Assembly: GCA_003170475.1 (NCBI GenBank)
Contig: PMZI01000026.1
Location: 2,114-66,113 of the forward strand
Source of the DNA: Ignavibacteriota bacterium
Lineage (GTDB): Bacteria; Bacteroidota; Ignavibacteria; UBA10030
DNA: 64,000 nucleotides
Direction: 5' to 3'
Part shown: piece after piece, positions 1-9,605 of the stretch
Layout: each line of letters opens with the position of its first letter
How positions within the stretch are numbered: the first letter of the stretch is position 1
Made by a program: the position numbers and the translations under genes
The notes under the pieces: model-generated
The model's input: the letters and a program-made list of their open reading frames with translations, nothing else
Databases searched by the model: none
What the model was told of the DNA's origin: nothing

Positions 1-95
1 TTCCGGGTCCTGTTGCCTTTGAGGACACACTAGCGTAGTTTAGAGTTGTCTTCCCATCCGATTGCTCACACAGACTTGCTCATACAACATTCTCA

Positions 96-2282
96 TTGGT
101 GCTCACAGTGAACGTACGCCGCAATCTTGTCCTCCTCATCGCTTTCCTTCTTGCGCAACCCTTTGCTGGTTTGGGCCAGGAGAAACAATCACAAGCCCTT
201 GCGGGGCCAATGAATGCTCTCATTCTCTGGAATGGATCAGCGTCCCGGGAAGACTCCGTCGACCAGGAGAGTTTCGCGACGATGACATCAAGCATGGGAT
301 TCGAGGCGCAGAAGGTCGATCCGCGACATCTGCTCACGACGCCCTTTGGCGAGAAGACTCTCCTGATTGTCCCACAAGCGTCCGCCCGATCCCTCTCCGG
401 AAAACAAGTTGCGTTGATTCTCGCTGAACTGCGGCGAGGCATCAGACTGGTGACCGACGGGGTGAGTCCACTCTCTTCTGCGCTCAGCATCAAGCACGGA
501 GGCGTTGCACGAACCGGTGTCGTTCTCGACAAAAGCCTGCCGCTCAACCATCTGCATTGGTCGGATCGGCCACGGGTTCCGTGGATTGCCGCCCCTCTGG
601 ACTCGTCGGCGCATGTGCTCTACGCTGATTCATCGACGGGGCACGCTCTCGCCGTGTCGGCCCTTCTTGACAAAGGGAAGTACATTTTTCTTGCGCCACT
701 TCTTGACGAAATCAGCGGCAAGGGGTATTCGAGATTTCCGACGCTGGTTCACGCCATGGTTCGCGAACTCGGGGCAACTCCGCCGTTTCGGCGCCATGGG
801 ATAGACGCGTATTTCGATCCCGGTTACCGCTTCACCATGCCCATGGAAAGTCTCGCTGCTCTCTGGAGAACATGGGGAATCCGCGCAGTGCACGCTGCAG
901 CGTGGTACTATAACAGCACGCCTCCATACGACTACAAAAGACTCATCGATGCAGCTCACAAGAATGGTATTCTTGTCTATGCATGGCTCGAATGGCCGCA
1001 TGTCGGACAGGGATTCTGGAATCAGCATCCCGAATGGCGACAAAAGAACGCACTTCTTCAGGATGCGAAGTTGGATTGGCTTAATCTCATGGATCTTCAG
1101 AATCCCGGTTGCATGAACGCAGCACTCAATGATCTGTCCCGGCAACTCCAATTGGATTGGGACGGCATCGACATTGCCGAGTTCACCATCACGGGAGCGG
1201 GGGGGGAGGCGTTGGAGGGTCCGGAAAGGCCTGACTACTTTACCAGTTTCGGTACCCCCATGCGGGCGGAATTTGCCAAGGTGGGCGGCTTTGATCCTCT
1301 GGAGCTTGAAAACCCAGCCTCGGAACATTTCTGGAAGCGCGATTCTGCCGGGCTGGAGAAATTTTATGAATACAGGCAAACGGTCAACAATCGCTTGCTG
1401 CGGCACGTCGTTGAGTTCATCGTAGACCTGAAGAGAACAGGGAATCGCGACTGGGAGCTGATTCATACCATCGTCGACAATAGTCTGCATCCCGAGTTCA
1501 ATCACCTTCTCGGATTTGATCTCAATGCGACGCTTGCTCTGGCAAGGGAATACGCAATCACGCTGAATGTCGAAGATCCCTATATGGAGTGGATTGCACC
1601 GCCAATCCGATACCGTCATCTGCGCGAGACTCTTGTTTCTCTCCTTCCCGATCGAAGTTCCATGATCGACATCAATGTCGTGCCTGTTCACCCCTTGTCT
1701 CAGTATGGATTTTCGTCTGATCAAGCAACAGGCACTGAATTGCTGCAACAAATTCAGGCAGCAGCTGAACAGAATGGCCGCGTCTGCATCTATTGCGAGT
1801 CGTCCGTCTTTGAACAAGACTGGCCGCTGATACCGGGAGCGATGGCAACCGGCGCGACCATAACACAAAACGGCGAGGTATGGGATATCAAGAGCCGCGC
1901 AACAGTCTCGTTGAACGTCGGGGTTGGAGACAGAACTGTGTTCATCGACGGAAAGCTCTGGCTGGGTCACGGGACTGATCGGATCCTCGTCCCATCGGGG
2001 AATCATCGACTTTCGATTCAGCCTGCCTCGAAAGATCAGATTCCTGCGAAACGGTCCTTACGTTTCATTGCTCTTTCCGGTGAACTCCTCGGATGCCGGG
2101 CCACGGAGTCGGGCATGGACATTCAGTATGTCTCTCCTTCAAGGTGCCTGCTCACGTTAGGTTATCCGACTGCGAAAGTATTCGTCGACGGAATTCCAAG
2201 GGATCTTCCGGTGTTGAAAGGAGCGGAGGGATACTTGGTGTTGGCACCCTCAGGGACGCATCGGCTATCAATTTCAAAGTGA
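96..2282 (+). CDS. Secreted glycoside-hydrolase-like (GHL family) TIM-barrel protein, uncharacterised
   Basis: 728 aa ORF with an N-terminal hydrophobic signal (LVLLIAFLLAQPFAGLG). The central segment AWYYNSTPPYDYKRLIDAAHKNGILVYAWLEWPHVGQGFWNQHPEW resembles the GHL6/GHL10 hypothetical glycosyl hydrolase cores. It is paralogous in motif to the GHL10 protein at 7570-9162. Confidence 0.45.
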   Translation: MVLTVNVRRNLVLLIAFLLAQPFAGLGQEKQSQALAGPMNALILWNGSASREDSVDQESFATMTSSMGFEAQKVDPRHLLTTPFGEKTLLIVPQASARSLSGKQVALILAELRRGIRLVTDGVSPLSSALSIKHGGVARTGVVLDKSLPLNHLHWSDRPRVPWIAAPLDSSAHVLYADSSTGHALAVSALLDKGKYIFLAPLLDEISGKGYSRFPTLVHAMVRELGATPPFRRHGIDAYFDPGYRFTMPMESLAALWRTWGIRAVHAAAWYYNSTPPYDYKRLIDAAHKNGILVYAWLEWPHVGQGFWNQHPEWRQKNALLQDAKLDWLNLMDLQNPGCMNAALNDLSRQLQLDWDGIDIAEFTITGAGGEALEGPERPDYFTSFGTPMRAEFAKVGGFDPLELENPASEHFWKRDSAGLEKFYEYRQTVNNRLLRHVVEFIVDLKRTGNRDWELIHTIVDNSLHPEFNHLLGFDLNATLALAREYAITLNVEDPYMEWIAPPIRYRHLRETLVSLLPDRSSMIDINVVPVHPLSQYGFSSDQATGTELLQQIQAAAEQNGRVCIYCESSVFEQDWPLIPGAMATGATITQNGEVWDIKSRATVSLNVGVGDRTVFIDGKLWLGHGTDRILVPSGNHRLSIQPASKDQIPAKRSLRFIALSGELLGCRATESGMDIQYVSPSRCLLTLGYPTAKVFVDGIPRDLPVLKGAEGYLVLAPSGTHRLSISK

Positions 2283-2288
2283 GCGACT

Positions 2289-3506
2289 GTGGTTGTTGAG
2301 CACGGGACGAAAAACATTGTTGTCATCGGTGCCGGGTACGGAGGAATCACGGCGGCACTCAGGCTGGACAGATTGTTTCGCCATCTGCCTGATTACAGTA
2401 TTCACCTCATCGACAAGAACCCGTTCCACACGCTCAAGACCCAGCTTCATGAAGCTGCTGTACACAAACGCGGAGTAACGATCGATATTGGTCGGATCAT
2501 CCGACGCCAGAGAATCATCTTCCACCTCGGAATCACCACAGCGATCAATCTTCGCGAGAAGACGATACACATCGGAGATCAGCCTTTCCCATTTGAGTTC
2601 CTCGTCGTTGCCCTCGGAAGCCAGACCAACTTTCACAACATCGCAGGTCTCGAGCAATTCGCTCTGACGCTTCAGAGTGCCTCAGATGCTGAGAAAATCT
2701 ATCAGCACATCTCGGTGATGTGTGCCAGGGCATCCTCAGAGCCTGATCCGAACGTCCGAAAACGAATGCTTCGCTTTGTCATTGGGGGAGGCGGCCTGAC
2801 CGGCATCGAACTCGCCGGGGAACTGGTAGACCACATTTCTCAGAGTCTCAGAGATTATCAACTCTCCGGGGGTTCGCCCGAAATTATTATCGTGGAGGCT
2901 TCGGAGGACATACTCCCAGCTTCGGACAAAGAGCTGCGGGAGCAAGTTCGAAAGAGGCTGCTCGAAAAAGGTGTCCGCCTTCTGGCAAATACAAGAGTTG
3001 TGGAGGTTTCATTGTCGGGTGTGACGCTCTCCAACGGCGAAGTGCTTCGTTCCGGGACAATGATCTGGACCGGCGGGATCCGAATTGCTGATGTGGCCAG
3101 GGAGAGCGGATTCTCGATCGGGCAATCGGGGCGAATTGTCGTGAATGAGTACCTCCAATCTGTCTCTGATCCGTCGGTATACGCGATCGGCGACAATGCC
3201 CTGGCTATCAATCCCGCGACAGGGCATCCCGTTCCGGCGGCAGCTCAGTTCGCACTTCAGCAGGGGAGACTTGTCGCAGAAAATATTTATGCGGATGTCC
3301 TGGGCACGTCGCAGCGTCGGTATGTTCCGAAAGTCTGGGGCGAGGTGGTGAGTCTCGGACGACATCTCGCTGCCGCCTGGCTTGCGCTTCCCATCCTCCG
3401 GAAGCTGGCATTTGTCGGCTTCATCGCCAGTTTGTTGAAGGCGGCGATCGCAGAGAAGCATATCATCCTTCTGAAGAAAGAGAGCAGGAATTGGATATCG
3501 TACTGA
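2289..3506 (+). CDS. ndh: Type II NADH dehydrogenase (NDH-2) / FAD-dependent pyridine nucleotide-disulfide oxidoreductase
   Basis: Two dinucleotide-binding GxGxxG motifs (IVVIGAGYGGITAA and RFVIGGGGLTGIELAGEL). NDH-2-like length (405 aa) with a C-terminal amphipathic/hydrophobic anchor. Confidence 0.7.
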   Translation: MVVEHGTKNIVVIGAGYGGITAALRLDRLFRHLPDYSIHLIDKNPFHTLKTQLHEAAVHKRGVTIDIGRIIRRQRIIFHLGITTAINLREKTIHIGDQPFPFEFLVVALGSQTNFHNIAGLEQFALTLQSASDAEKIYQHISVMCARASSEPDPNVRKRMLRFVIGGGGLTGIELAGELVDHISQSLRDYQLSGGSPEIIIVEASEDILPASDKELREQVRKRLLEKGVRLLANTRVVEVSLSGVTLSNGEVLRSGTMIWTGGIRIADVARESGFSIGQSGRIVVNEYLQSVSDPSVYAIGDNALAINPATGHPVPAAAQFALQQGRLVAENIYADVLGTSQRRYVPKVWGEVVSLGRHLAAAWLALPILRKLAFVGFIASLLKAAIAEKHIILLKKESRNWISY

Positions 3507-3536
3507 TCGTTCTGCTTCCGCGGGATGAGGGTTCGT

Positions 3537-4124
3537 TCAGGAATTGTTCGCGTCGGGTGGATAGTCTTCCGGAGTGTTGAAATTGCTCAGAAGGTTGTCT
3601 TTGTAGAAGGAGAGATCGGGAGTAACTGGTATGATGGTCGCTCCGAGCTTGTCGACGAACTCGAGAACCCGATACTGCCCGGCCTCGAGTTGATCTATCG
3701 CCGTTTGCAGGCACTGGTGTGTGTAGATGCCGCAGAGAGGATGGATTTGCTCATGCATATGAGCTATCGCCGCGGGAGCGGTTGTGGGATATGCGGCCAG
3801 AAATGTCACAAGCTCTCTTGAGATGAAAGGAGTGTCGCAGGCAGATACGAAGATGTTTGCACCGTCGGCATGAAGCAAAGCCGAGTGTATCCCGCCGAGT
3901 GGACCTCGATCCCGATAGATATCTTCGAAGGATTCCATCCCGAGGAATCGATATGCAGAAGCGTCGTTTGTCATCAGGATAACCCGGTCGAAGATCGCTT
4001 GCAGAGTCGTGGCGACGTGGGCGATGAAAGGGCGACCGTCGAGCCTCAAGAGAGCTTTATCGACGCCCATGCGAGAACTCTTGCCGCCGGCAAGTATGAC
4101 GCCGGTGATCGTGCTGTTTTTCAT
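3537..4124 (-). CDS. mobA: Molybdenum cofactor guanylyltransferase MobA
   Basis: Classic MobA N-terminus GVILAGGKSSRMGVDKALLRLDGRPFIAHV. The ORF-track reading frame extends 68 codons upstream, but the internal Met (MKNSTITGVILAGG) gives the canonical roughly 196 aa MobA. The start is 1 nt uncertain because of print/track register. Confidence 0.65.
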   Translation of the reverse strand: MKNSTITGVILAGGKSSRMGVDKALLRLDGRPFIAHVATTLQAIFDRVILMTNDASAYRFLGMESFEDIYRDRGPLGGIHSALLHADGANIFVSACDTPFISRELVTFLAAYPTTAPAAIAHMHEQIHPLCGIYTHQCLQTAIDQLEAGQYRVLEFVDKLGATIIPVTPDLSFYKDNLLSNFNTPEDYPPDANNS

Positions 4125-4348
4125 GAGACCTGCCCGTCGTTTCGAACTCACACCAATCTTGTTCTGTATTGCGCGGACGTAACATGGGAATGTGTGCGAC
4201 CTGGAGCAATATAACTCGACGCACTCGTTCAAGCAACAGGAGAAGTTTTCCCCAACAGCGCCTCTCTGAAAGCCGCGGATCTGTTCGACACCTCTAGGCT
4301 CTTGTCTTGATTGTCGCCTTTTCGTCACTTACATTGAAACTCCGATGA

Positions 4349-4903
4349 TTGCAGAAAGAGATTGTTGATCTTCTTCTAACCATTGTGGTTAGGGAGTACA
4401 TGAACGGCACCCTCTACAAATTCTTTGTTGGAGACCACAGAAGGCTCGAGAAAATACTGAATCAAGCGACGGCCAGCGCTCCAAAATATGATCTGGATCT
4501 CTACGGCGAATTCCGCGCCGGTTTGCTTAAGCACATCAAGATGGAAGAAAACGTCATTATTCCTGAGGCTCAGAAGGTGCGCGAAGGCAAGCCTCTCGCG
4601 ATTGCACCTAAACTGAGGCTTGAGCACGGCGCGCTCGTGGCCTTACTGGTACCCCCTCCCTCAACGAAGATTGTGAAGGCGCTTCGAGGAATCCTGTCGA
4701 ACCATAACCGGGCGGAGGAGGTCCAGGGGGGACTCTATGATCTGTGCGAACGCCTTGCAGGCGAACAACTCGATGATTTGATGAAGAAGGTTGAAGATCT
4801 TCCGGAGGTGCCGGTGCTTCCCCACAAAAGTGGACCGAACATTTTGGAAGCAGCGAAACGGGCTCTGGAAAGAGCGGGGTACAATCTGGATGACTACTCT
4901 TGA
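4349..4903 (+). CDS. Hemerythrin-like HHE cation-binding domain protein
   Basis: Repeated H...E / H...EE spacing (DHRRLEKIL, LLKHIKMEENVIIPEA, ILSNHNRAEEVQGGLYDL) typical of hemerythrin-like four-helix bundles. The track start is TTG. Confidence 0.4.
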   Translation: MQKEIVDLLLTIVVREYMNGTLYKFFVGDHRRLEKILNQATASAPKYDLDLYGEFRAGLLKHIKMEENVIIPEAQKVREGKPLAIAPKLRLEHGALVALLVPPPSTKIVKALRGILSNHNRAEEVQGGLYDLCERLAGEQLDDLMKKVEDLPEVPVLPHKSGPNILEAAKRALERAGYNLDDYS

Positions 4904-5042
4904 GGCCGACGACAATCGCAGTTCTCGGATTCGTGAACACTGATCGACCATCAAACAGCGAAACTCCGCACATCCTCTCCTCATCGCACGCCTTATTGCT
5001 CATCAATTGTGAAGCGCTGGTTCCAGGGCTTGAAACCTATGA

Positions 5043-6404
5043 ATGTCCACCATGGAGAAATGTGAAATGAACAAACACGGACTCGTCGCAGTTCTCGTAT
5101 CTCTTGTTGTCGCAACGGCTCTTTCGAGTGCTCGGCAAACGGATCAGGCGAAAAAAGAAGGTCCCGCTATCGCCGGAAAGGAATTCGTCGAGTTGCTCGC
5201 CAAAGGTGAATATGCAAAAGCCGTTGCGATGTTTGATAGCACGATGAAGTCCGTTATGCCCGAGGCAAAGCTGAAAGAGACATGGGAAGCGGTCACAGCG
5301 CAGGTGGGTGCGTTCAAGGACATGACCGGTGTGAAGGTGCAGAAATATCAGGCGTATGACATCGTTCTGGTCACATGCCAGTGTGAGCGAAAGACCTTTG
5401 ATACGAAAGTGGTCTTCAATGCCGCCGGCCGGGTCGCGGGCTTGTTCTTCGCTGAGTCGGCCTCCGAATACAAAGCTCCGTTGTATGTCAATCGAGGATC
5501 GTTCAAAGAAGAGGAAGTCATTGTGGGAAGCGGCGAATGGTCTCTGCACGGAACCCTGAGCATTCCCAGTGGAGATGGACCGTTTCCTGCTCTTGTCTTG
5601 GTGCACGGATCTGGCCCCAACGATCGTGATGAGACCATCGGGCCCAACAAGCCGTTTCGTGACTTGGCGTGGGGTCTTGCTTCAAACGGCATTGCTGTCC
5701 TCCGCTATGAGAAGCGGACCAAGGAACATGCCGCAGGTATTGTGTCCCTGATGAACTCATTGACTGTGAAAGAGGAAACGATTGACGATGCTCTCGCCGC
5801 TGTTGAGCTCCTCCGAAAGACGAAAGTAATCGACGCACATCGGATCTCTGTTTTGGGACACAGCCTCGGTGGGATGCTTGTGCCGCGCATTGGCAAACTC
5901 GATGCCGGAATCGCAGCATTTGTTGTACTGGCCGGCCTGACCCGGCCTCTCGAAGATGCAATGCTGGAACAGATGACCTACATCATCGGCCTCAAAGGAA
6001 AGACTTCAGACGCGGACAAAAAACAGCTTGAAGAGATCCGGACAAAAGTGGATAAGATCAAGAGTCTCAAGGCATCCGATGCAAGATCTTCGGAATTGGT
6101 CTTTTCTGCGCCTCCGTCGTACTGGCTCGACTTGCGCGGATATGATCCTCCGGAGACTGCCCGCACATTGAAACAACCCATGCTCGTACTGCAAGGAGAA
6201 CGCGATTATCAAGTCACGATGAAAGATTTCGAGCGTTGGAAGACGACGCTCGGTGGGAAGGGGAACGTGGAATTCAAATCATATCCAAAACTGAATCATC
6301 TGTTCATCGATGGTGAAGGAAAGTCGATTCCTTCGGAGTACGAAAAGGTTGGTCACGTTGCCGCGTACGTGATCGAAGATATCGCTCGATGGATAAAGAG
6401 GTAG
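5043..6404 (+). CDS. Secreted alpha/beta-fold serine hydrolase
   Basis: Signal peptide (LVAVLVSLVVATALSSA). GHSLGG nucleophile elbow (GxSxG), VLVHGSGPNDRDE oxyanion region and a C-terminal His region (KLNHLFIDGEG). Confidence 0.65.
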   Translation: MSTMEKCEMNKHGLVAVLVSLVVATALSSARQTDQAKKEGPAIAGKEFVELLAKGEYAKAVAMFDSTMKSVMPEAKLKETWEAVTAQVGAFKDMTGVKVQKYQAYDIVLVTCQCERKTFDTKVVFNAAGRVAGLFFAESASEYKAPLYVNRGSFKEEEVIVGSGEWSLHGTLSIPSGDGPFPALVLVHGSGPNDRDETIGPNKPFRDLAWGLASNGIAVLRYEKRTKEHAAGIVSLMNSLTVKEETIDDALAAVELLRKTKVIDAHRISVLGHSLGGMLVPRIGKLDAGIAAFVVLAGLTRPLEDAMLEQMTYIIGLKGKTSDADKKQLEEIRTKVDKIKSLKASDARSSELVFSAPPSYWLDLRGYDPPETARTLKQPMLVLQGERDYQVTMKDFERWKTTLGGKGNVEFKSYPKLNHLFIDGEGKSIPSEYEKVGHVAAYVIEDIARWIKR

Positions 6405-6439
6405 CCAGACCATAGCCCCAGTTGCCTCGTAAAAGACGA

Positions 6440-6470
6440 AATCCCCCGGTATCCTCGGGGGATTTTTGTT
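6440..6470. terminator. Bidirectional Rho-independent terminator between convergent genes
   Basis: AATCCCCCG-gtatcct-CGGGGGATT 9-bp stem followed by TTTTGTT, with an A-run upstream. It sits between the 5043-6404 (+) and 6495-7310 (-) genes. Confidence 0.7.
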
Positions 6471-6494
6471 GACTTCGAAGAGAAGACGATGCGA

Positions 6495-7310
6495 CTATGA
6501 TCCAGTGAGTGAGTGCCAGGTTTCCTTTTCAAGGAAACTGCCCTGAACGTTCGACTCCATTTCGTGGAACATCTTCAGCGGAACAGCAAACGTGAGAATG
6601 TCGTGTCCGAGTGTTGGGGCGGTGTACGTTCTTGCCGCGATATCGGTCAGTCCGATCACAGCGCGGGGGCGTTCGGATATCGCTTCCTCATACGCCAGAA
6701 TACCGATGCTCTGACACCCTGCGACCGGTTGAATGGTAACTGCATCAAGGGTGCCGCGGTTGTAGTTGGCGAGTGAAACCAGCGCCGAAAGTTGATCTGC
6801 GTTGACCGGGAAAATCACGACCTGCGGTTGCTCCTTCGACTCGTCGACGCTGCTGAGAGGCTTGAACACAACATATCGCTCGGCGATATCGACCATCGGC
6901 ATGGAATCGACGAACACCCTTGCCAGTTCCGGCGATTTGACAAGCCCTTCGCCGTGGAGGAAACGCTCGACGGAGACCTTGCGCCCCGTGCGTGCTATCT
7001 GCTCTGCGATTTCCGAAGCATCCGCGCGATCTGCATTTCCATTCGACAGGAATCCATAGAAACACTCGATCCCTCCACGCCAATGGACGTATTGATTCCC
7101 GAATCCCAGCCCGACACCTCCTCCGAGGCAACCGAATGTCTGCCGATCGAACACAGCGGTCTTTCCTGTTGCCGCCTGAGCAAACATTGCCATGACGCAA
7201 CCCCATTTGTCCTGATGAAACTGGAGAGCGTCAGTTGGCTTGTCATTTGTCCACAGGAGAGCAACAGGGTGATGCTTAAGGCGAAGCGCAGAAGAAAGTG
7301 TACAGTCCAT
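6495..7310 (-). CDS. DUF169 family protein (COG2043-like)
   Basis: HPVALLW, GCLGGGVGLGFG and SMPMVD...VVFKPL motifs match the DUF169 pattern (PVAIKF / C.GG..LGFG / SMP). Confidence 0.55.
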   Translation of the reverse strand: MDCTLSSALRLKHHPVALLWTNDKPTDALQFHQDKWGCVMAMFAQAATGKTAVFDRQTFGCLGGGVGLGFGNQYVHWRGGIECFYGFLSNGNADRADASEIAEQIARTGRKVSVERFLHGEGLVKSPELARVFVDSMPMVDIAERYVVFKPLSSVDESKEQPQVVIFPVNADQLSALVSLANYNRGTLDAVTIQPVAGCQSIGILAYEEAISERPRAVIGLTDIAARTYTAPTLGHDILTFAVPLKMFHEMESNVQGSFLEKETWHSLTGS

Positions 7311-7569
7311 CAGAAGTCCTCAGCGAAATGATCAGAAGTGAGTGAACTCAATATAGCTCCTGACTCTTCCAGAGGCAACGACGAGGTGAATGGGATCTTT
7401 TCGTATCTCGCCGTCTGATCTCAGAGATCGATTCTCGCTTCCTTGCAATTGAACCGTCCCTTTTGTACCATTTCAGCACTCGAGATGATCGTGAATGTCA
7501 TTTTCAGAATTGAGAACATTCACCACTCGCCAATCCCCGTCGTCAATGATCACCCAAAAGGAAACTTTC

Positions 7570-9162
7570 ATGTCACAGCGGCTCCCAGTCTTGATCAGCG
7601 TCGTGTGTGCTCTCGTCATGGTTTCAGGTTGTGCCACTCTCAGGCAGGGAGGCGGCGCCGAGAAAGTAAAGATCGGTCCGCGAGTAGAGCGTGAATTCCG
7701 GGGGGTCTGGGTTGCAACGGTGGACAACATCGATTGGCCCACCAAACCGGGATTGTCTACAGAGACTCAGAAAAAAGAAGCGCTTGCGATTCTGGATACT
7801 GTCGTTGCTCTTCGTCTGAATGCCATCGTGCTTCAGGTGCGTCCTCATTGTGACGCGATGTACGCAAGCCAACTGGAACCGTGGTCGTATTACCTGAACG
7901 GCGTTCAGGGAAAGGCTCCTGATCCGTACTATGATCCTCTTCAATTTTGGGTTGAGGAGGCCCACAAACGAGGGATTGAGCTCCACGCATGGTTCAATCC
8001 TTACCGCGCCCATATGGCAAAGGGGGGCGAAGTCACGGACAGCTCCATTGTCAGGAAACGACCGGGACTCGCGAAAAAGCTCAAAGACGGAATGTACTGG
8101 CTCGATCCGGCAAAACAGGAAGTTCAGGATCATTCTTACAGTGTGGTGATGGACGTCGTCAGGCGGTATGACATTGACGGAGTACATTTTGACGACTATT
8201 TCTATCCCTACGGAGACGGATCATTCCCTGATGACGACACATGGGCCGAGTACCAGAAATCCGGAGGATCGCTCACACGTGAAGATTGGAGGCGTGGAGC
8301 GGTGAATGCATTTATCGAACGAGTGTATCACGGAATCAAAAAGGAAAAGCCGTACGTGAAATTCGGCATCAGCCCCTTCGGCATCGGAAAGCCCGGAGAT
8401 CCACCGTCAATCCAAGGATTTGACCAGTATAGCGGGCTCTATGCCGACGCCGTTCTCTGGCTCCACGAAGGATGGATCGACTACTGGTCACCGCAGCTTT
8501 ACTGGGCCGTCAATCAAGTTCCACAGAGTTTTCCTGTGTTGCTGGGTTGGTGGGTGAAGGAGAACACGAGGGCTCGCCATGTATGGCCGGGAATGTACAC
8601 GGTGTCGTATCTCAAAGGGACGGCAAACGACAAAGGTGTGGATGAGGTCTTCAACCAGATCATGATAGAGCGTGGTTTCGTCAACGACGCGCCGGGACAC
8701 ATTCATTTCAGCATGAAGGGATTTCAGAGAGACAGCAGCACGCTCAATGCAGGACTCAGGTCAGGCCCATATCAGAAAATGGCACTCGTACCGCCGTCCC
8801 CATGGCTCGATGACGAACCTCCGTTGGCTCCAAAACTCGAAACGTCAATCGTCGGCGACTCATTGCTCGCGATTTCATGGACTCATGAGAATCCAACGGA
8901 CGTCTTTCGTTGGGTGGTGTACTACAAGTACAACAATGCGTGGGAGTACACAATCCTGAATGCTCAGGAGCGAAGTATCGCACTGCCGCTGTCCACAGCT
9001 GTACTGGAGCGGCCACGAGCCCGACGGGGCGATCAGGCAATCGCTCAGACACGAATCGAATCGCTCTCGAATATCGCTATATCGGCAGTGGACCGCACCG
9101 GAAACGAAAGTGAATTGATATTCCATGGCATTGCCCCAAAACCATCACAAGCAGTACAGTGA
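7570..9162 (+). CDS. Lipoprotein, glycoside hydrolase-like family 10 (GHL10 / YngK-like, PF02638-type)
   Basis: Start trimmed to an internal ATG giving a lipoprotein signal (LISVVCALVMVSGC). The core FRGVWVATVDNIDWP...LRLNAIVLQVRP...EEAHKRGIELHAWFNPYRA is diagnostic of GHL10. A C-terminal beta-sandwich tail is present. Confidence 0.6.
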   Translation: MSQRLPVLISVVCALVMVSGCATLRQGGGAEKVKIGPRVEREFRGVWVATVDNIDWPTKPGLSTETQKKEALAILDTVVALRLNAIVLQVRPHCDAMYASQLEPWSYYLNGVQGKAPDPYYDPLQFWVEEAHKRGIELHAWFNPYRAHMAKGGEVTDSSIVRKRPGLAKKLKDGMYWLDPAKQEVQDHSYSVVMDVVRRYDIDGVHFDDYFYPYGDGSFPDDDTWAEYQKSGGSLTREDWRRGAVNAFIERVYHGIKKEKPYVKFGISPFGIGKPGDPPSIQGFDQYSGLYADAVLWLHEGWIDYWSPQLYWAVNQVPQSFPVLLGWWVKENTRARHVWPGMYTVSYLKGTANDKGVDEVFNQIMIERGFVNDAPGHIHFSMKGFQRDSSTLNAGLRSGPYQKMALVPPSPWLDDEPPLAPKLETSIVGDSLLAISWTHENPTDVFRWVVYYKYNNAWEYTILNAQERSIALPLSTAVLERPRARRGDQAIAQTRIESLSNIAISAVDRTGNESELIFHGIAPKPSQAVQ

Positions 9163-9199
9163 CCGAAAAAACCGTTTCTCTTTGAAAGGGAGGCTCACA

Positions 9200-9382
9200 G
9201 TGAATACGACAGACAAGACCGATCTCATGACCGCTGGCAAGATTGCAGAGGAACTTGCTATTCCAGGTGCGAAAGTGAAGAAGGCGATTGCAGATTTGAA
9301 GATTAAGCCTGTAGCGAAGAAGGGGGTATGCAGCTACTACTCAAGAGACGTTGTCGCTAAGATCAGGGCCGCTGTCAAGTAG
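9200..9382 (+). CDS. Small hypothetical protein (possible HTH-like)
   Basis: In-frame GTG start 7 nt after AGGGAGG. An ATG at 9227 is an alternative start. The product ...TAGKIAEELAIPGAKVKKAIADLKIKPVAKKGVCSYYSRDVVAKIRAAVK is basic and helix-rich. Confidence 0.35.
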   Translation: MNTTDKTDLMTAGKIAEELAIPGAKVKKAIADLKIKPVAKKGVCSYYSRDVVAKIRAAVK

Positions 9383-9605
9383 GTGAGTGTGTTCATTGGT
9401 GAGTTGCTAAATCGTGAGTGGTGAACCGGGCTTTAAACAAGCCAAGCCTTTAACCATATATCGAGTTAACTCATGAACCAGGCAACGGACAGAACGGTCA
9501 CAATCGAGGATCCCCTCTTTCTCTTGGCAAGGAAACCTTCGGCTCAGAATTCCTGTTTACTAGCTACACGATAATTGTTCTATACCAGTCCAAGGAGTTC
9601 TTGAA

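Noticed and set aside
630-2006. Long antisense ORF (458 aa) overlapping the 96-2282 gene, and similar antisense ORFs throughout the track, such as 11597-12355, 12828-13607, 20705-21535 and 63090-63728.
   Set aside because: They are fully embedded opposite well-supported genes and have Arg/Cys/His-rich compositions typical of high-GC shadow frames. None has a recognisable domain.
4080-4510. Apparent 1-nt frame discrepancies between the printed sequence and the ORF-track translations at a few line junctions, for example near 4140/4141 and 4500/4501.
   Set aside because: The track is internally consistent in lengths and stops, and most checked start and stop codons match the print. I treat these as transcription or reading artefacts rather than true frameshifts or pseudogenes. 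Small-feature coordinates carry a few-nt uncertainty for this reason.
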